DNA of 64,000 nucleotides, taken from NCBI GenBank assembly GCA_964632485.1, contig CAZWDO010000001.1, positions 357,631-421,630 on the forward strand. Direction: 5' to 3'. Each line of letters starts with the position of its first letter. Within the stretch, counting starts at the first letter, position 1. Shown here in pieces: positions 40,576 to 50,607 of this stretch. This stretch comes from an uncultured bacterium (GTDB taxonomy: Bacteria > JAGOEH01). Below the pieces are notes generated by a model, which was not told where the DNA came from, ran no database searches, and worked only from the letters and a program-made list of their open reading frames with translations. Both the position numbers and the translations under genes were made by a program.

Positions 40576-42012
40576 ATGAAAAAAACAACCCGGCCGTTAA
40601 TATGCGTCTTAATTCTTTTATTACAGGCAATCATCCTATTTGCGCAAGAACCAGTTTCGATCATGCAGGAAGAGTATTGGAAACACCGGCATCTATTCAT
40701 CCCTGGCAGTCTGGAGAAGGCAACGGCAGTTATTCCCTTGAAACCCCGCCAGATAGCATTATCGGCTACTGTTTTCGGTTATTTACCTTATTGGGAATAT
40801 CCCACAGCAAAAACTAATTTGCGATATGAATTATTGACGCACATCGCCCTTTTCGATTTTGAAGTGACTGAACAAGGGTTACTGATAGCGCCCAACCAAT
40901 GGCCCTGGACCGATGTGATTAACCTTGCCCATGAAAATGGCGTCAAAGTCATTGCCACCATGGTCAATTTTAACAGTAGCCAGATTCATACGATTATCAC
41001 AACATCTTCAGTTAAAGAATCTTTTTTCAATAACGTAAGCCAGCTTTTGGAAAATTTTCAGTTGGATGGAGTGAATATTGATTTCGAGGGGCTCAATACG
41101 TCTGACCGTTTAACTATCAATGAATTTATGAGTGATCTAACCCACTTTGTTCATGCAAGAGATCCCAAACTTGAAGTATCGTTCGCCGCACCGGCCGTCA
41201 ATTGGGGGGGATGGAACCTGCCCGGGTTGGCCAATGCCTGCGATTATCTTTTCATCATGGGTTACGACTTTTATGGTTCCTGGAGTACAACCAGTGGCCC
41301 GGTTGCTCCTCTAAGCGGCGGATCCTATCATGTAACCAATACAGTAATATCTCAATATGCTACTATTTTACCGGACAAACTGATTTTAGGAGTTCCTTAT
41401 TATGGCAAAAAATGGGAAACTACATCCCAAAACGCCTATTCGCCTGTAGTTCGATATATAGGATCAACATATTACCGGGATAATATCTCTCAAGCGTCAA
41501 ACTACGGCCTGCAATGGGATAATACAAGTAAAACCCCCTGGTACCGATATTTTTCCAATGGTCAATGGAACCAGGTTTGGTTTGATAACGATTCCAGTCT
41601 GGCGCTAAAATACGATTTAGCGCTATCCAAAAATTTTCAAGGAGTGGGGATGTGGGCGTTGGGACAGGATGGAACTCGTGAGGAACTCTGGGACTTACTT
41701 GATCGTTATTTTACTCCGGGGTCCACCACAATTGTAACGGTTGCCCTGCCCGATAAATTTTATTGCCGGCTTCAGCCGAATCCCGCTCACGATAAACTAA
41801 TCATCTCAACAGATCTGATTTCAAATCCGATTTTTTCGTTTATACTTTACGATAATTTGGGACGCATGGTCTTAGATCAGCCCTTATTATTCGGGATGTC
41901 GGGCGCTACGAATCGAGAGCTCCTACTTCCTCGACTGAGTAACGGAATCTATTATTATCGAATCAGTAATGGCTCCTCCCACAATACGGGACGAATTACA
42001 ATCCTGCATTAA
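40576..42012 (+). CDS. secreted GH18 glycoside hydrolase with a T9SS-type C-terminal domain
   Basis: Signal peptide, LDGVNIDFE catalytic motif, IMGYDF, LGVPYYG, GMWALGQD. Tail LQPNPA...YDNLGRMV...LSNGIYYY. Confidence 0.88.
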   Translation: MKKTTRPLICVLILLLQAIILFAQEPVSIMQEEYWKHRHLFIPGSLEKATAVIPLKPRQIALSATVFGYLPYWEYPTAKTNLRYELLTHIALFDFEVTEQGLLIAPNQWPWTDVINLAHENGVKVIATMVNFNSSQIHTIITTSSVKESFFNNVSQLLENFQLDGVNIDFEGLNTSDRLTINEFMSDLTHFVHARDPKLEVSFAAPAVNWGGWNLPGLANACDYLFIMGYDFYGSWSTTSGPVAPLSGGSYHVTNTVISQYATILPDKLILGVPYYGKKWETTSQNAYSPVVRYIGSTYYRDNISQASNYGLQWDNTSKTPWYRYFSNGQWNQVWFDNDSSLALKYDLALSKNFQGVGMWALGQDGTREELWDLLDRYFTPGSTTIVTVALPDKFYCRLQPNPAHDKLIISTDLISNPIFSFILYDNLGRMVLDQPLLFGMSGATNRELLLPRLSNGIYYYRISNGSSHNTGRITILH

Positions 42013-42104
42013 TCTGGTAAACTATTTATAGATCATGGCGCGAATCCGTTAAATGGCAATACATCCACTCTCTCACCAAGTAATTGGCTATTCATTATTG
42101 CCAA

Positions 42105-43124
42105 TCAAATTTTCAACTCAGTTTGGAACGTGTGGTTTTGAGGGAAAAGTCCAAACAATCCGCCCGTATGCACGAATAGAATTTTAGATTTTTTTGGAAT
42201 CCTCCCGGATTCAATGGATGACACAAGAGCATGAAACGCTTTACCCGTATATACCGGATCCAAAAAAATACCATGAAGACGGGCCATTTTATGAATCAAG
42301 AAACGATCTTCTACTGTACTGACGGCATAACCCGGACCGACAAAGCCATCAATGATGGCTAATTCGTTAGGCTCTAAAGGGAGGCCCAAATCATAGGCTA
42401 CATCAAGTTCACTCAATACCCCAATAATTCTGGATTTGAAGTATTCCGCCGTATCGCATACATTTACACCCAGCAGTTCCCAAGAAAAATGATGCAACTT
42501 ATTGGCAAACCATAATCCGCCAAACGTTCCCCCAGATCCGATCGCTGTTACAAGGTAATCGAAGGACAGGTTCATTTCCTTTGATTGTCGATCAATTTCC
42601 AGAGCTGCCTGATAATATCCCATATATCCCAGCGCATTGGAGCCGCCTTCAGGAATAATAAAAGGAGCCTCTCCTTCTTGTGAAAGTTTAAGCGCCCAAT
42701 CATCCATTATTTCGCCTCGCTGGTCCCGATACTGTTCAGCGGTAATCCAAATAATGCGGGCATCAAGCAGATGGTCCAACAATAAATTTCCCTGGGGTGA
42801 ATTTTTTCCATCACCTTCCCGGAGAACTAAGCAGGGCTTCAAACCCAATTTTCGGCACAGGACCGCGGTCGCCCGCGCATGATTCGATTGGATACCTCCA
42901 CAAGTGATAATTGCCGTCGCTTTCTGGTCTATGGCCTGGGCAAACAAAAAATCCAATTTTCGTATTTTGTTCCCCGACAATTCCATCCCAGTCAAATCAT
43001 CCCGTTTGATATAGAATTCCACATCCAGCTCCCGGCTCAGCGCATCCAAATATTGGACCGGGGTGGGTAATAAAGCAACCGATAACGTCTTGAAATTAAA
43101 ATCCGGCCTCATCTCTTTCTCCAT
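42105..43124 (-). CDS. D-cysteine desulfhydrase / ACC deaminase family PLP enzyme
   Basis: PTPVQ, IKRDDLTG, SGNKIRKL, GGIQSNHARATA, GSGGT, LDPVYTGKA. Confidence 0.9.
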   Translation of the reverse strand: MEKEMRPDFNFKTLSVALLPTPVQYLDALSRELDVEFYIKRDDLTGMELSGNKIRKLDFLFAQAIDQKATAIITCGGIQSNHARATAVLCRKLGLKPCLVLREGDGKNSPQGNLLLDHLLDARIIWITAEQYRDQRGEIMDDWALKLSQEGEAPFIIPEGGSNALGYMGYYQAALEIDRQSKEMNLSFDYLVTAIGSGGTFGGLWFANKLHHFSWELLGVNVCDTAEYFKSRIIGVLSELDVAYDLGLPLEPNELAIIDGFVGPGYAVSTVEDRFLIHKMARLHGIFLDPVYTGKAFHALVSSIESGRIPKKSKILFVHTGGLFGLFPQNHTFQTELKI

Positions 43125-43149
43125 TAAAAATTCTTGTTAAAAATAAAAT

Positions 43150-44721
43150 TTATCCCGAATGAATAAAACTTTTAATTGATCGAGTCAACTCCTGGCGATT
43201 AATAGGTTTTGTAATAAAATCATTCATCCCCGCTTTTATCGCATTACTCCTATCATTGTCAGTAGCGAAACCCGTAACGGCTATAATCGGAGTATTCCTA
43301 ATACTTTCATCCGGATGCTCACGAATACGCTCAGCGCAAGCAAATCCATCCAGTACCGGCATCTGGATATCCATCAGTATCAGATCAAAAACCTGCTCTT
43401 TAAGAGATTCCAAAACTTCAGCCCCGTTGCTCACTGTTGTGTATGAGTAGCCTTCCCCGGAAAGAATCGTCTCTATATATATGGCATTGACCTGATTATC
43501 TTCGGCAATTAAAATTCTCGCTTTACTATTGATTTTCGAATTTTTCAGCAAATCGATATCAATTGCATCCTCAACAGGCAATTGATACGGAACAGTAACA
43601 AAAATTTGAGTTCCTTTCTCCAATTCGCTTGTAATTTTTAGCTTTCCCCGCAAAGCTTCCACTAAATTTTTGACAATAGCCAATCCCAAACCTGTACCGG
43701 AAAATTTTTTGGTTAATGAATTATCCAATTGAGAAAAAGGTTCAAAAATGATTTCCAAATCCGTTTCAGAGATGCCGATGCCTGTATCGAAAAGTTTGAA
43801 TTCAAGTTCCGTTTCAGTACATGTCAACTCTAATCCCACACACCCTTTATCGGTAAATTTTATACTATTGCTCACTATATTGGAAAGAATCTGATAGAGA
43901 GCCCGCTCATCAGAGACAATCTGACTGGGAACACATTGAGATATTTCAAGGATAAAATCGAGATCTTTGGCTTGCGCCGTGGGTTCATACACTTTATAAA
44001 GGCGGTTCAGCATATCGAAAAGATGAAATATTTCATGGGAAATTTTATTTTTCCCCGCTTCAATTTTTGACAAGTCGAGAATGTCATTAACAATACTCAG
44101 TAAATGGTTCGATGATTGCTGTAATATTTCGACATACTCCCGTTGGTTTTCTCTTAAATCGGTCTTTTCTAAAATCGTTAGCAGTCCAATAATCCCACTT
44201 AACGGGGTACGTATCTCATGGCTCATATTTGAAAGAAATTGCGATTTGATTTTCACTGCTTTATCCGCAATTTCATTAGCCTCCATTAAATGCTGGTTCA
44301 ATTTCTGTGAATGCTGAATCTCCTCGCGGTATTTAGCAATCGTCACTTCCAGATCCGTTACATCCTGAAGCAAAATCATCGCTAAATAACCTTGGGTAGC
44401 TGATCTCCGCAATGATGTAATCGTCATATTCAAGATACGGAAGATTCTGTTAGGCAACCGAATCGGAAAAAGTTTGGGATGCAGATAACCCGAAAAGAAG
44501 ATAGGTGGACTCCCCTTAAATATTTGATCAATGCGTATTGAATAACGCATATCACGAAATAATGGGTATTTATCACCAATATGAGATGCATCAATCTCAT
44601 TTCGATTGATCCCTGTCCATTGCTGTAAACACTCATTCCAATAAATGACAGAGTAATCAGAATCAATCACACAGACACCTAATGGAATATAATCAAACAA
44701 CGTGAATTCTGAGTACTCCAT
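43150..44721 (-). CDS. cytoplasmic PAS-HisKA-HATPase-receiver hybrid histidine kinase
   Basis: PAS (IPLGVCVID...YWN), FLSNMSHEIRTPL, NSIKFT, DTGIG, GTGLGL, receiver AEDN / LMDIQMP / TKP. TGATG overlap with the upstream gene. Confidence 0.93.
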   Translation of the reverse strand: MEYSEFTLFDYIPLGVCVIDSDYSVIYWNECLQQWTGINRNEIDASHIGDKYPLFRDMRYSIRIDQIFKGSPPIFFSGYLHPKLFPIRLPNRIFRILNMTITSLRRSATQGYLAMILLQDVTDLEVTIAKYREEIQHSQKLNQHLMEANEIADKAVKIKSQFLSNMSHEIRTPLSGIIGLLTILEKTDLRENQREYVEILQQSSNHLLSIVNDILDLSKIEAGKNKISHEIFHLFDMLNRLYKVYEPTAQAKDLDFILEISQCVPSQIVSDERALYQILSNIVSNSIKFTDKGCVGLELTCTETELEFKLFDTGIGISETDLEIIFEPFSQLDNSLTKKFSGTGLGLAIVKNLVEALRGKLKITSELEKGTQIFVTVPYQLPVEDAIDIDLLKNSKINSKARILIAEDNQVNAIYIETILSGEGYSYTTVSNGAEVLESLKEQVFDLILMDIQMPVLDGFACAERIREHPDESIRNTPIIAVTGFATDNDRSNAIKAGMNDFITKPINRQELTRSIKSFIHSG

Positions 44722-45332
44722 CAATTATCCAGCAACTCCCGATAGGTAGCAGTTAAAAGTTGAAGCAATTTTTCAAACGATCCCACTTCCAGCAATATCA
44801 TGATATTTCCATGAATATCCAGTTTTTCGATTAAAAAATGCGCTTCAGCAAAAATGACGATTGCATTTGTTTTATCGACTCCAAAAAACAATTCATCAGG
44901 AGAGATATCCATAAAAATTGGTGGGATATATGAAAAATAAGTTGAAAAAAGATTGCTGACAGTGCCCATGATCCCATTGAGCACAATGTTGCCAATTTCA
45001 GTCATAACCCCAGAATAACTGGAAATAAACTCTTCCTCGATTTCATGTTCCGGCATAATCGCCTGGACGATTTTGGCAATATCGGATTGAGGAAAAACTA
45101 ATGAAGCAGATCCCTGGAAAGGTCCCCTAAAACCCATATTTACCGCGGAAAGCCTGGCATGATCGCGATGGTTCATAAACTCCACCAACTCCTCAAAGGT
45201 CAAGACATCCAGGTGAGGCACATACATTTCAATATGAGATGAAAGCAAGGTGTTCAGAGAATTGACGCCGTACCCTAAACCAATGTTAAAAATTTCTTTT
45301 AATGCATCCAGTTGTTGTTCAGTGATATTCAT
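44721..45332 (-). CDS. cheC: CheC-family phosphatase
   Basis: Two ExxN motifs (DALKEIFNIG, MTEIGNIVLN). Confidence 0.85.
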   Translation of the reverse strand: MNITEQQLDALKEIFNIGLGYGVNSLNTLLSSHIEMYVPHLDVLTFEELVEFMNHRDHARLSAVNMGFRGPFQGSASLVFPQSDIAKIVQAIMPEHEIEEEFISSYSGVMTEIGNIVLNGIMGTVSNLFSTYFSYIPPIFMDISPDELFFGVDKTNAIVIFAEAHFLIEKLDIHGNIMILLEVGSFEKLLQLLTATYRELLDN

Positions 45333-45335
45333 ATT

Positions 45336-45716
45336 CTACCCTGAAATTCTTGGAATATAGCCGGCGACTATGGATACTAATTCAGGTTCCTTTATCGGTT
45401 TTTTCAGGAACTTAGTGACTCCCATACTCCGGCATCGCTCTTCCGATGTTTGTTGTATATCGGCAGAAACTACCACAATCGGGATATCAATCCCCTCCAA
45501 CTTCAAATTTTTAATAAACTCAAGACCGTTCATCTCAGGCATCAGCAAATCCAATAGTACTAAAGCGATAGATTGAGAACGGCATTTTTCCAATCCTTCT
45601 TTGCCATTTTCCGCTTCAATAACATTAAAACCTTTAGCATTCAATAGTTTAGCAATTGCCCACCGAGAAAATTTTGAATCGTCTATCACCAAAATTAAAT
45701 CGTCATTATGACTCAT
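45336..45716 (-). CDS. single-domain response regulator (CheY-like)
   Basis: VIDDS, LLDLLMPEMNG, VSAD, LKKP. ATG at 45716 after AAAGGA. Confidence 0.88.
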   Translation of the reverse strand: MSHNDDLILVIDDSKFSRWAIAKLLNAKGFNVIEAENGKEGLEKCRSQSIALVLLDLLMPEMNGLEFIKNLKLEGIDIPIVVVSADIQQTSEERCRSMGVTKFLKKPIKEPELVSIVAGYIPRISG

Positions 45717-45752
45717 GCAGTATCCTTTCGCCAAAAAAGTTTATATTGCTTC

Positions 45753-45781
45753 ATATTAATACATTTAAACCAATACGTCAA
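45753..45781 (-). promoter_or_regulatory. sigma-70 promoter for the receiver-cheC-kinase operon
   Basis: Minus strand TTGACG-N17-TAATAT. Confidence 0.55.
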
Positions 45782-45899
45782 GTAAAAAAACAAGTAAAGA
45801 AATAATGGCAGGAGATTTTAGTTTCAAATAATTTGACGATCGTTATTCAGGTGATAAACCTGCTATAAAGAGTGTTCTGGAAAACTCGGTCCTGAAAAG

Positions 45900-45943
45900 A
45901 TGATTCTCCCATCAGCCGTAACTCAGCAGGAGGGGAGAATCAT
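45900..45943 (-). terminator. stem-loop downstream of the outer-membrane protein gene
   Basis: 11-bp inverted repeat ATGATTCTCCC...GGGAGAATCAT, followed by CTTTT on the minus strand. Confidence 0.4.
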
Positions 45944-46001
45944 TGCTGTAGAGCGCCATTAAAGCGCGATAACGGAACGAAATTGATTTTATGATCTCGG
46001 G

Positions 46002-47366
46002 TTACATCCGAAAAGTAACGCCGAAACCGATTTGCTGATCCGAAAACTTTTCCGTTAAAATGGGTTCCTTTAATTCCCAGCGGCTGTACCGCCAGGCAAA
46101 ATTGAAACGCAAATTGCGGTCAATCTGAATAAGCCAACCCAGCGAAAAGGCCATAAGATTGCTATTCCCATCTTCCTCAACAATCTCCAGTATGTTAGAG
46201 TTGTTGAGATACGCTTCACGGCCAGTTTCATAAGGCAGGGAACGGTATTCACCACCCAGTTGAAGCGCCAACAAAGTGCGCGGAATACGAAATTCCAACC
46301 CGGAAGCCAATCCCAGCGAGGACTGATAGAGTTTGTTCATCCGACGTTGATGATCAAGCCCTTCAATGGGATCTTTGTTGTAATCCATTTGCGAATAATC
46401 GCTAAATGAAAAATCGATATCCCAACTCAGATTCTTGATTTGGTAGCCAAATGCCAGGTTGAGTTTCATGGGTAATTGAAGCCGGTAGTCATATTTACTA
46501 TCCAGCCAGGCGACATCTCCGTAGTCATCTGCATAAAAATACCAGGCATCCTGATCCTCCGCCCATAAATAACTCCGACTTTTTTCATCGACTTTAATCC
46601 AACTGGGGGAAGTAAACGCAAATGAAAACCGATAGATGTCATACACCGAATAAACCGCGCCCAGGACAAAATTAAATCCGGAGAAGGTATCTTCCGTATC
46701 AAATTTACGCAGGTAATCGATTAAGCCAAAATAATTCGTTGGGTCGGTACGTCGGATAGAAAAATTATAGTCATGAACTCCGCTTAAAAAATTAAGGGTC
46801 GCTCCGAAGTAGAGGTTAGGGGAATATTGAATAGCGCCGGAGAAATATATCGTTCCCAAATGCCCGCGTTTATCCTCTTCATTGATTTCAAGCAACGAGG
46901 GTTCCTCCGAATTGGCGCTCTGAGTCATCCCTGAAAAATAATTGGATTGAGTAAAATCTTTGAGTTTCAGATATCCCAATGCTAATGAAGCGCTGCCGCG
47001 ATAAACAGGATAGGAATAAATCAAGCCCAGCGAGGAAAAATGAAAACGGCTGATAGAATTTGAATTGCCATCCGTTGAACCGAAATAGGTGAAATCGCTG
47101 GTTTGTTTTTGATAAACGAGATTGAAATCGAATTGATTGCGTTTAATCAAACCCAATAGCGCAGGATTGACAACGACCACATCGGAATTATCACCAATAG
47201 CGCCGATGGCGCCGGAGAGCGCCAGACTGCGAGCAGTGCCCCAGGTATCTCCGCCGATCATAAACTCCCGGATATCGGTCATCCATGGGTAATTAACATC
47301 GAAAGACGGCTCTTGCGCCCATAAATAAGATGAAAGAAGTATCAGGATTAATAGGATTCGTTTCAT
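46002..47366 (-). CDS. outer-membrane beta-barrel protein (FadL/OmpP1/TodX-like)
   Basis: Signal peptide, GTARSLALSGA...NPALLG hatch motif, amphipathic beta strands, C-terminal GFGVTFRM. Confidence 0.75.
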   Translation of the reverse strand: MKRILLILILLSSYLWAQEPSFDVNYPWMTDIREFMIGGDTWGTARSLALSGAIGAIGDNSDVVVVNPALLGLIKRNQFDFNLVYQKQTSDFTYFGSTDGNSNSISRFHFSSLGLIYSYPVYRGSASLALGYLKLKDFTQSNYFSGMTQSANSEEPSLLEINEEDKRGHLGTIYFSGAIQYSPNLYFGATLNFLSGVHDYNFSIRRTDPTNYFGLIDYLRKFDTEDTFSGFNFVLGAVYSVYDIYRFSFAFTSPSWIKVDEKSRSYLWAEDQDAWYFYADDYGDVAWLDSKYDYRLQLPMKLNLAFGYQIKNLSWDIDFSFSDYSQMDYNKDPIEGLDHQRRMNKLYQSSLGLASGLEFRIPRTLLALQLGGEYRSLPYETGREAYLNNSNILEIVEEDGNSNLMAFSLGWLIQIDRNLRFNFAWRYSRWELKEPILTEKFSDQQIGFGVTFRM

Positions 47367-48070
47367 GATTTAGGCTCCTGTGTGATGGTTTCTTTTTGCT
47401 TTCGCGCTGGTGTCGGTTGGCTTTGATTCGAAGAAGAATTTTCAGAAGGTTTGGGTTTGACGGTCGGTGATGTGGAACTTTTACCAGAAGAGGTGGGGGT
47501 TTGCTTTGGCTGATCGGGGGGCGGATCATTTTTTTCCTGGCGGATCACCGGTGAGGAAACAGGCGCCACTACCGGTGAAGATGAATGATCTACGGGACGG
47601 CTGACGGTGGGAGAAGCTCCGGGATTGGCCTGTTTGGGTGTAGCTAAAAAACCCGGATTAAAAAGCTGGGCCTTAACGCTTTTTACATCGTTCTCGTTTT
47701 TCTTGCCCTTATAAAACCAGGGACCGCTTTTATACCCTTTGGGACCCGTTTTAACATTTGATTCGCTGCGATCTACAAAGACAATGGCGCTGGTCGAAGG
47801 ATAATAGTAGCTCCAACCATTATAATAGGGATCATACAATGCTGTCCACCGCCACCCGCTTAAATATGGCGAACCATACCAGGATTGGGTCGTCGCGAAA
47901 TAAGAATCCACATAAAAATATGGATCGTATTCCCAAACGGATGCATCATAGCCTGGAGACTCTTCCTTAACTTCCTCCTGCCACTCGACAACCGGTTGAT
48001 TGGGGTCCTTAAACATCGTATAACACCCAATGAAATGAAGCAGAATGATAAGTAGGCCTATCGTTCTCAT
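47363..48070 (-). CDS. lipoprotein with Tyr/Trp-rich and Pro/Ser/Lys-rich low-complexity regions
   Basis: MRTIGLLIILLHFIG-C lipobox, AAGGAG Shine-Dalgarno, and ATGA overlap with the barrel gene. Confidence 0.7.
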   Translation of the reverse strand: MRTIGLLIILLHFIGCYTMFKDPNQPVVEWQEEVKEESPGYDASVWEYDPYFYVDSYFATTQSWYGSPYLSGWRWTALYDPYYNGWSYYYPSTSAIVFVDRSESNVKTGPKGYKSGPWFYKGKKNENDVKSVKAQLFNPGFLATPKQANPGASPTVSRPVDHSSSPVVAPVSSPVIRQEKNDPPPDQPKQTPTSSGKSSTSPTVKPKPSENSSSNQSQPTPARKQKETITQEPKS

Positions 48071-48096
48071 AGAAACTCCTTTTTTCTAAATTGTAT

Positions 48097-48113
48097 TGCA
48101 AGATTTATTCCCA
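48097..48113 (-). promoter_or_regulatory. possible sigma-54 promoter for the lipoprotein-barrel pair
   Basis: Minus strand TGGGAATAAATCTTGCA has GG-N10-GC spacing with a perfect TTGCA -12 and an imperfect -24. Confidence 0.45.
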
Positions 48114-48450
48114 TTTAAAATTTCCTTTATTAAATACGTCTCTCGCGTAAAACCTGTTCTTTATTAAGTCATCATTCTATCCATTAATAGATTATAATTT
48201 TTTCATTTATTAAATTAAACATCTATAAATTTGCCGTTAAATCCACCAGTCATGCCTTGGTTATGGAAGTTGTCGGATCGCTTCCGTTCCCAGGGCCGTA
48301 GGTTTAAACAAAATTTCTATTTGCAATTGGATTACCGCGTCAACTTTATACTAACTAAAATCAGGTTTTTAACAGCAAACAATATTAATAAATTATGATT
48401 CGTAACTGAAACCGTCATAAAAATTGGTCTATTGTCTTAAAAAATAGACA

Positions 48451-50583
48451 TTAGCGAACGACTATTTTTTTTGTCCAGGAGGACCTGGGGGATCTGATAT
48501 TCAGTAAATAAACGCCACTGACAATCTGCGGCACGGTATATAGAATGGTTCCATATTGGGGTCCGGTGGAGGGTTGATTGTCTGTTTGATAACCCAGAGT
48601 AAAGTTAGGGGGCAAGAGCGGCAGATTATGCAGGAAAATTAATTGGCCGTCGACCGTGTACATATAAATTTGGTAAGGGCCCCCCTCTTTATAAAACTGA
48701 ATAAATAATTTTTGACTATTAATTTGCCATGGATTGGGATAAACGATGGGTTCTCCCTCATCCATAGAAAGGAGTTCCACGGAAAGATTCAAAGTCGTAT
48801 CTGCTGCGCTGGCGCTATAGGACCAAGTTTGATAGCCCTGTAGCGACACAATAAATTCCAGGGATGCCGGGCTGATGGGCAGCAAAAAACTTCCATTGAA
48901 AATCGAAGCCGCCGTCGCCAGCGTATCCATCCCCCGACGGGCGATAATACTCGCCTGGTAAACCGGCATTCCGTATTCACTTAAAACCGTTCCCTGCACC
49001 CGGGGAGTCAGGGTGAAATCGTACGTTGCCCATGAAATGTTTTCGGATGTCAGCGTCAGACTTTCGCTAAGATATCCGTCTTTCTGGCATTGTAAAATAC
49101 AATCAGCGGCGGCTGGGGTTTCAAAGAAATAGTAACCCAAATCATTCGTGGAAGTTGAGATATAGCGATCCAAAAAATACAAGACTACAGTAGCGTTAGA
49201 GACCGGCTGTTGCAGGGAATTTTTGACATTCCCCTGGATAATATCGCTAATATATGATGCGGAATCGGCATTCAGTATTCCATAGCCATAGCGGTTATCG
49301 GGTTGATGGGCCTGCGACCCGGTATGCTGGATATTATGAATAATTTGCGATACAGTCCAGGACGGATTTTTCTGGCGGATCAAAGCGCAGGCGCCGGCAA
49401 CCAGAGGAGTGGCGTAACTGGTGCCATTCCCTTGGACAATCTGATCGGAAGTTCCTATTAAAGAGTGATAAACAGCCGATCCACGCGCGCAGATATCCGG
49501 TTTGATACGCCCATCATAGGTAGGGCCGGTAGAACTGAAAGAGGCGATATTTCCATTTTTATCCACTGCTCCCACGGCCAATACCCAACGGGCATCAGCC
49601 GGTGTGATCAAGGAATGAGAGATTGAATTACCTTCATTGCCCATAGCCACTACAACCAGAACATCTCGTTCCTGGGCGAGCAGATTTACGGCTTGAGCCG
49701 TTACGGTGGAGGCGCCATCAAGGTCTTCCCAGGTGTACCAATCAATATATCCTAATGAAGTAGAGATTACGACTGCTCCATTTTCAGCGCACCATTCCAG
49801 GCCGGCAACATAATAATCCTCTTCAATCGGCGTTTCAGAGTGTTGCAACTCGGTTTTTGCTAATAAAAACTCCGCCTCGTATGCCGGACCCAACAGCTTT
49901 TCCTCAAGGTATCCTCCCATAATCGATAAACAACTGGTTCCATGAGTATCCTGACCCGGGGAATCCTGACTGGACTGGTTCCGCACAATAGTGTCGCCAT
50001 TAATGAAATCATAGGTTCCCGCCACATGCATTCGCTGAAAAGCGTTATGGTCAAGATCAAAACCCGTATCCAGAATCCCGATGCGCATTCCCTCGCCATG
50101 ATATCCCTGTTCATGCAAAGGGAAAATGTTGATCTGGTCGAGTTGTAAGCGATAATCATCCAAATAGGGGTCTGTTTTCGGCAATAGCGGCTCTGCCCGA
50201 CGGTAACCATAACGCACAGGCACCACTTTTTCTATAAAAGGAAACGCTCGCAGCATTTTTAGATTTTTTTCATCCACTCTGGCAGAAAGCGCATTCAACA
50301 ATTTACTCCGGACGCGAATCGTATCAATATAGGGTTGAATCGCCTCAATATATTCAGTTGCCAATGGAATATCATATTTATCAGATAATGTTCCGGACTT
50401 GAATCGCCGACGCCATTCCCGTTGATTCTCTGTTAACTGGTCATCAAGACGCCCTAACTGCTGATAGGCGTCAACTCCTTTATCACTGAAAAAAATCCAT
50501 ACCCATTGAGTTCCTCCCTGCGCCAGACTGAAGTTGAACCCAATCGTCAAACCGAACCAAACAGATATCATCCATTTCATCAT
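48451..50583 (-). CDS. secreted S8 subtilisin-like serine protease with carboxypeptidase-regulatory-like domains and a T9SS-type tail
   Basis: Catalytic triad GILDTG / DTHGT / NGTSYATP, GRIKPD, YGYG. Tail VYPNPW...YTVDGQL...SGVYLL...TKKIVVR. Start placed at the ATG after GGAGG. Confidence 0.9.
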   Translation of the reverse strand: MMKWMISVWFGLTIGFNFSLAQGGTQWVWIFFSDKGVDAYQQLGRLDDQLTENQREWRRRFKSGTLSDKYDIPLATEYIEAIQPYIDTIRVRSKLLNALSARVDEKNLKMLRAFPFIEKVVPVRYGYRRAEPLLPKTDPYLDDYRLQLDQINIFPLHEQGYHGEGMRIGILDTGFDLDHNAFQRMHVAGTYDFINGDTIVRNQSSQDSPGQDTHGTSCLSIMGGYLEEKLLGPAYEAEFLLAKTELQHSETPIEEDYYVAGLEWCAENGAVVISTSLGYIDWYTWEDLDGASTVTAQAVNLLAQERDVLVVVAMGNEGNSISHSLITPADARWVLAVGAVDKNGNIASFSSTGPTYDGRIKPDICARGSAVYHSLIGTSDQIVQGNGTSYATPLVAGACALIRQKNPSWTVSQIIHNIQHTGSQAHQPDNRYGYGILNADSASYISDIIQGNVKNSLQQPVSNATVVLYFLDRYISTSTNDLGYYFFETPAAADCILQCQKDGYLSESLTLTSENISWATYDFTLTPRVQGTVLSEYGMPVYQASIIARRGMDTLATAASIFNGSFLLPISPASLEFIVSLQGYQTWSYSASAADTTLNLSVELLSMDEGEPIVYPNPWQINSQKLFIQFYKEGGPYQIYMYTVDGQLIFLHNLPLLPPNFTLGYQTDNQPSTGPQYGTILYTVPQIVSGVYLLNIRSPRSSWTKKIVVR

Positions 50584-50607
50584 TATACGAATCCTCCCCA
50601 CAATAGG

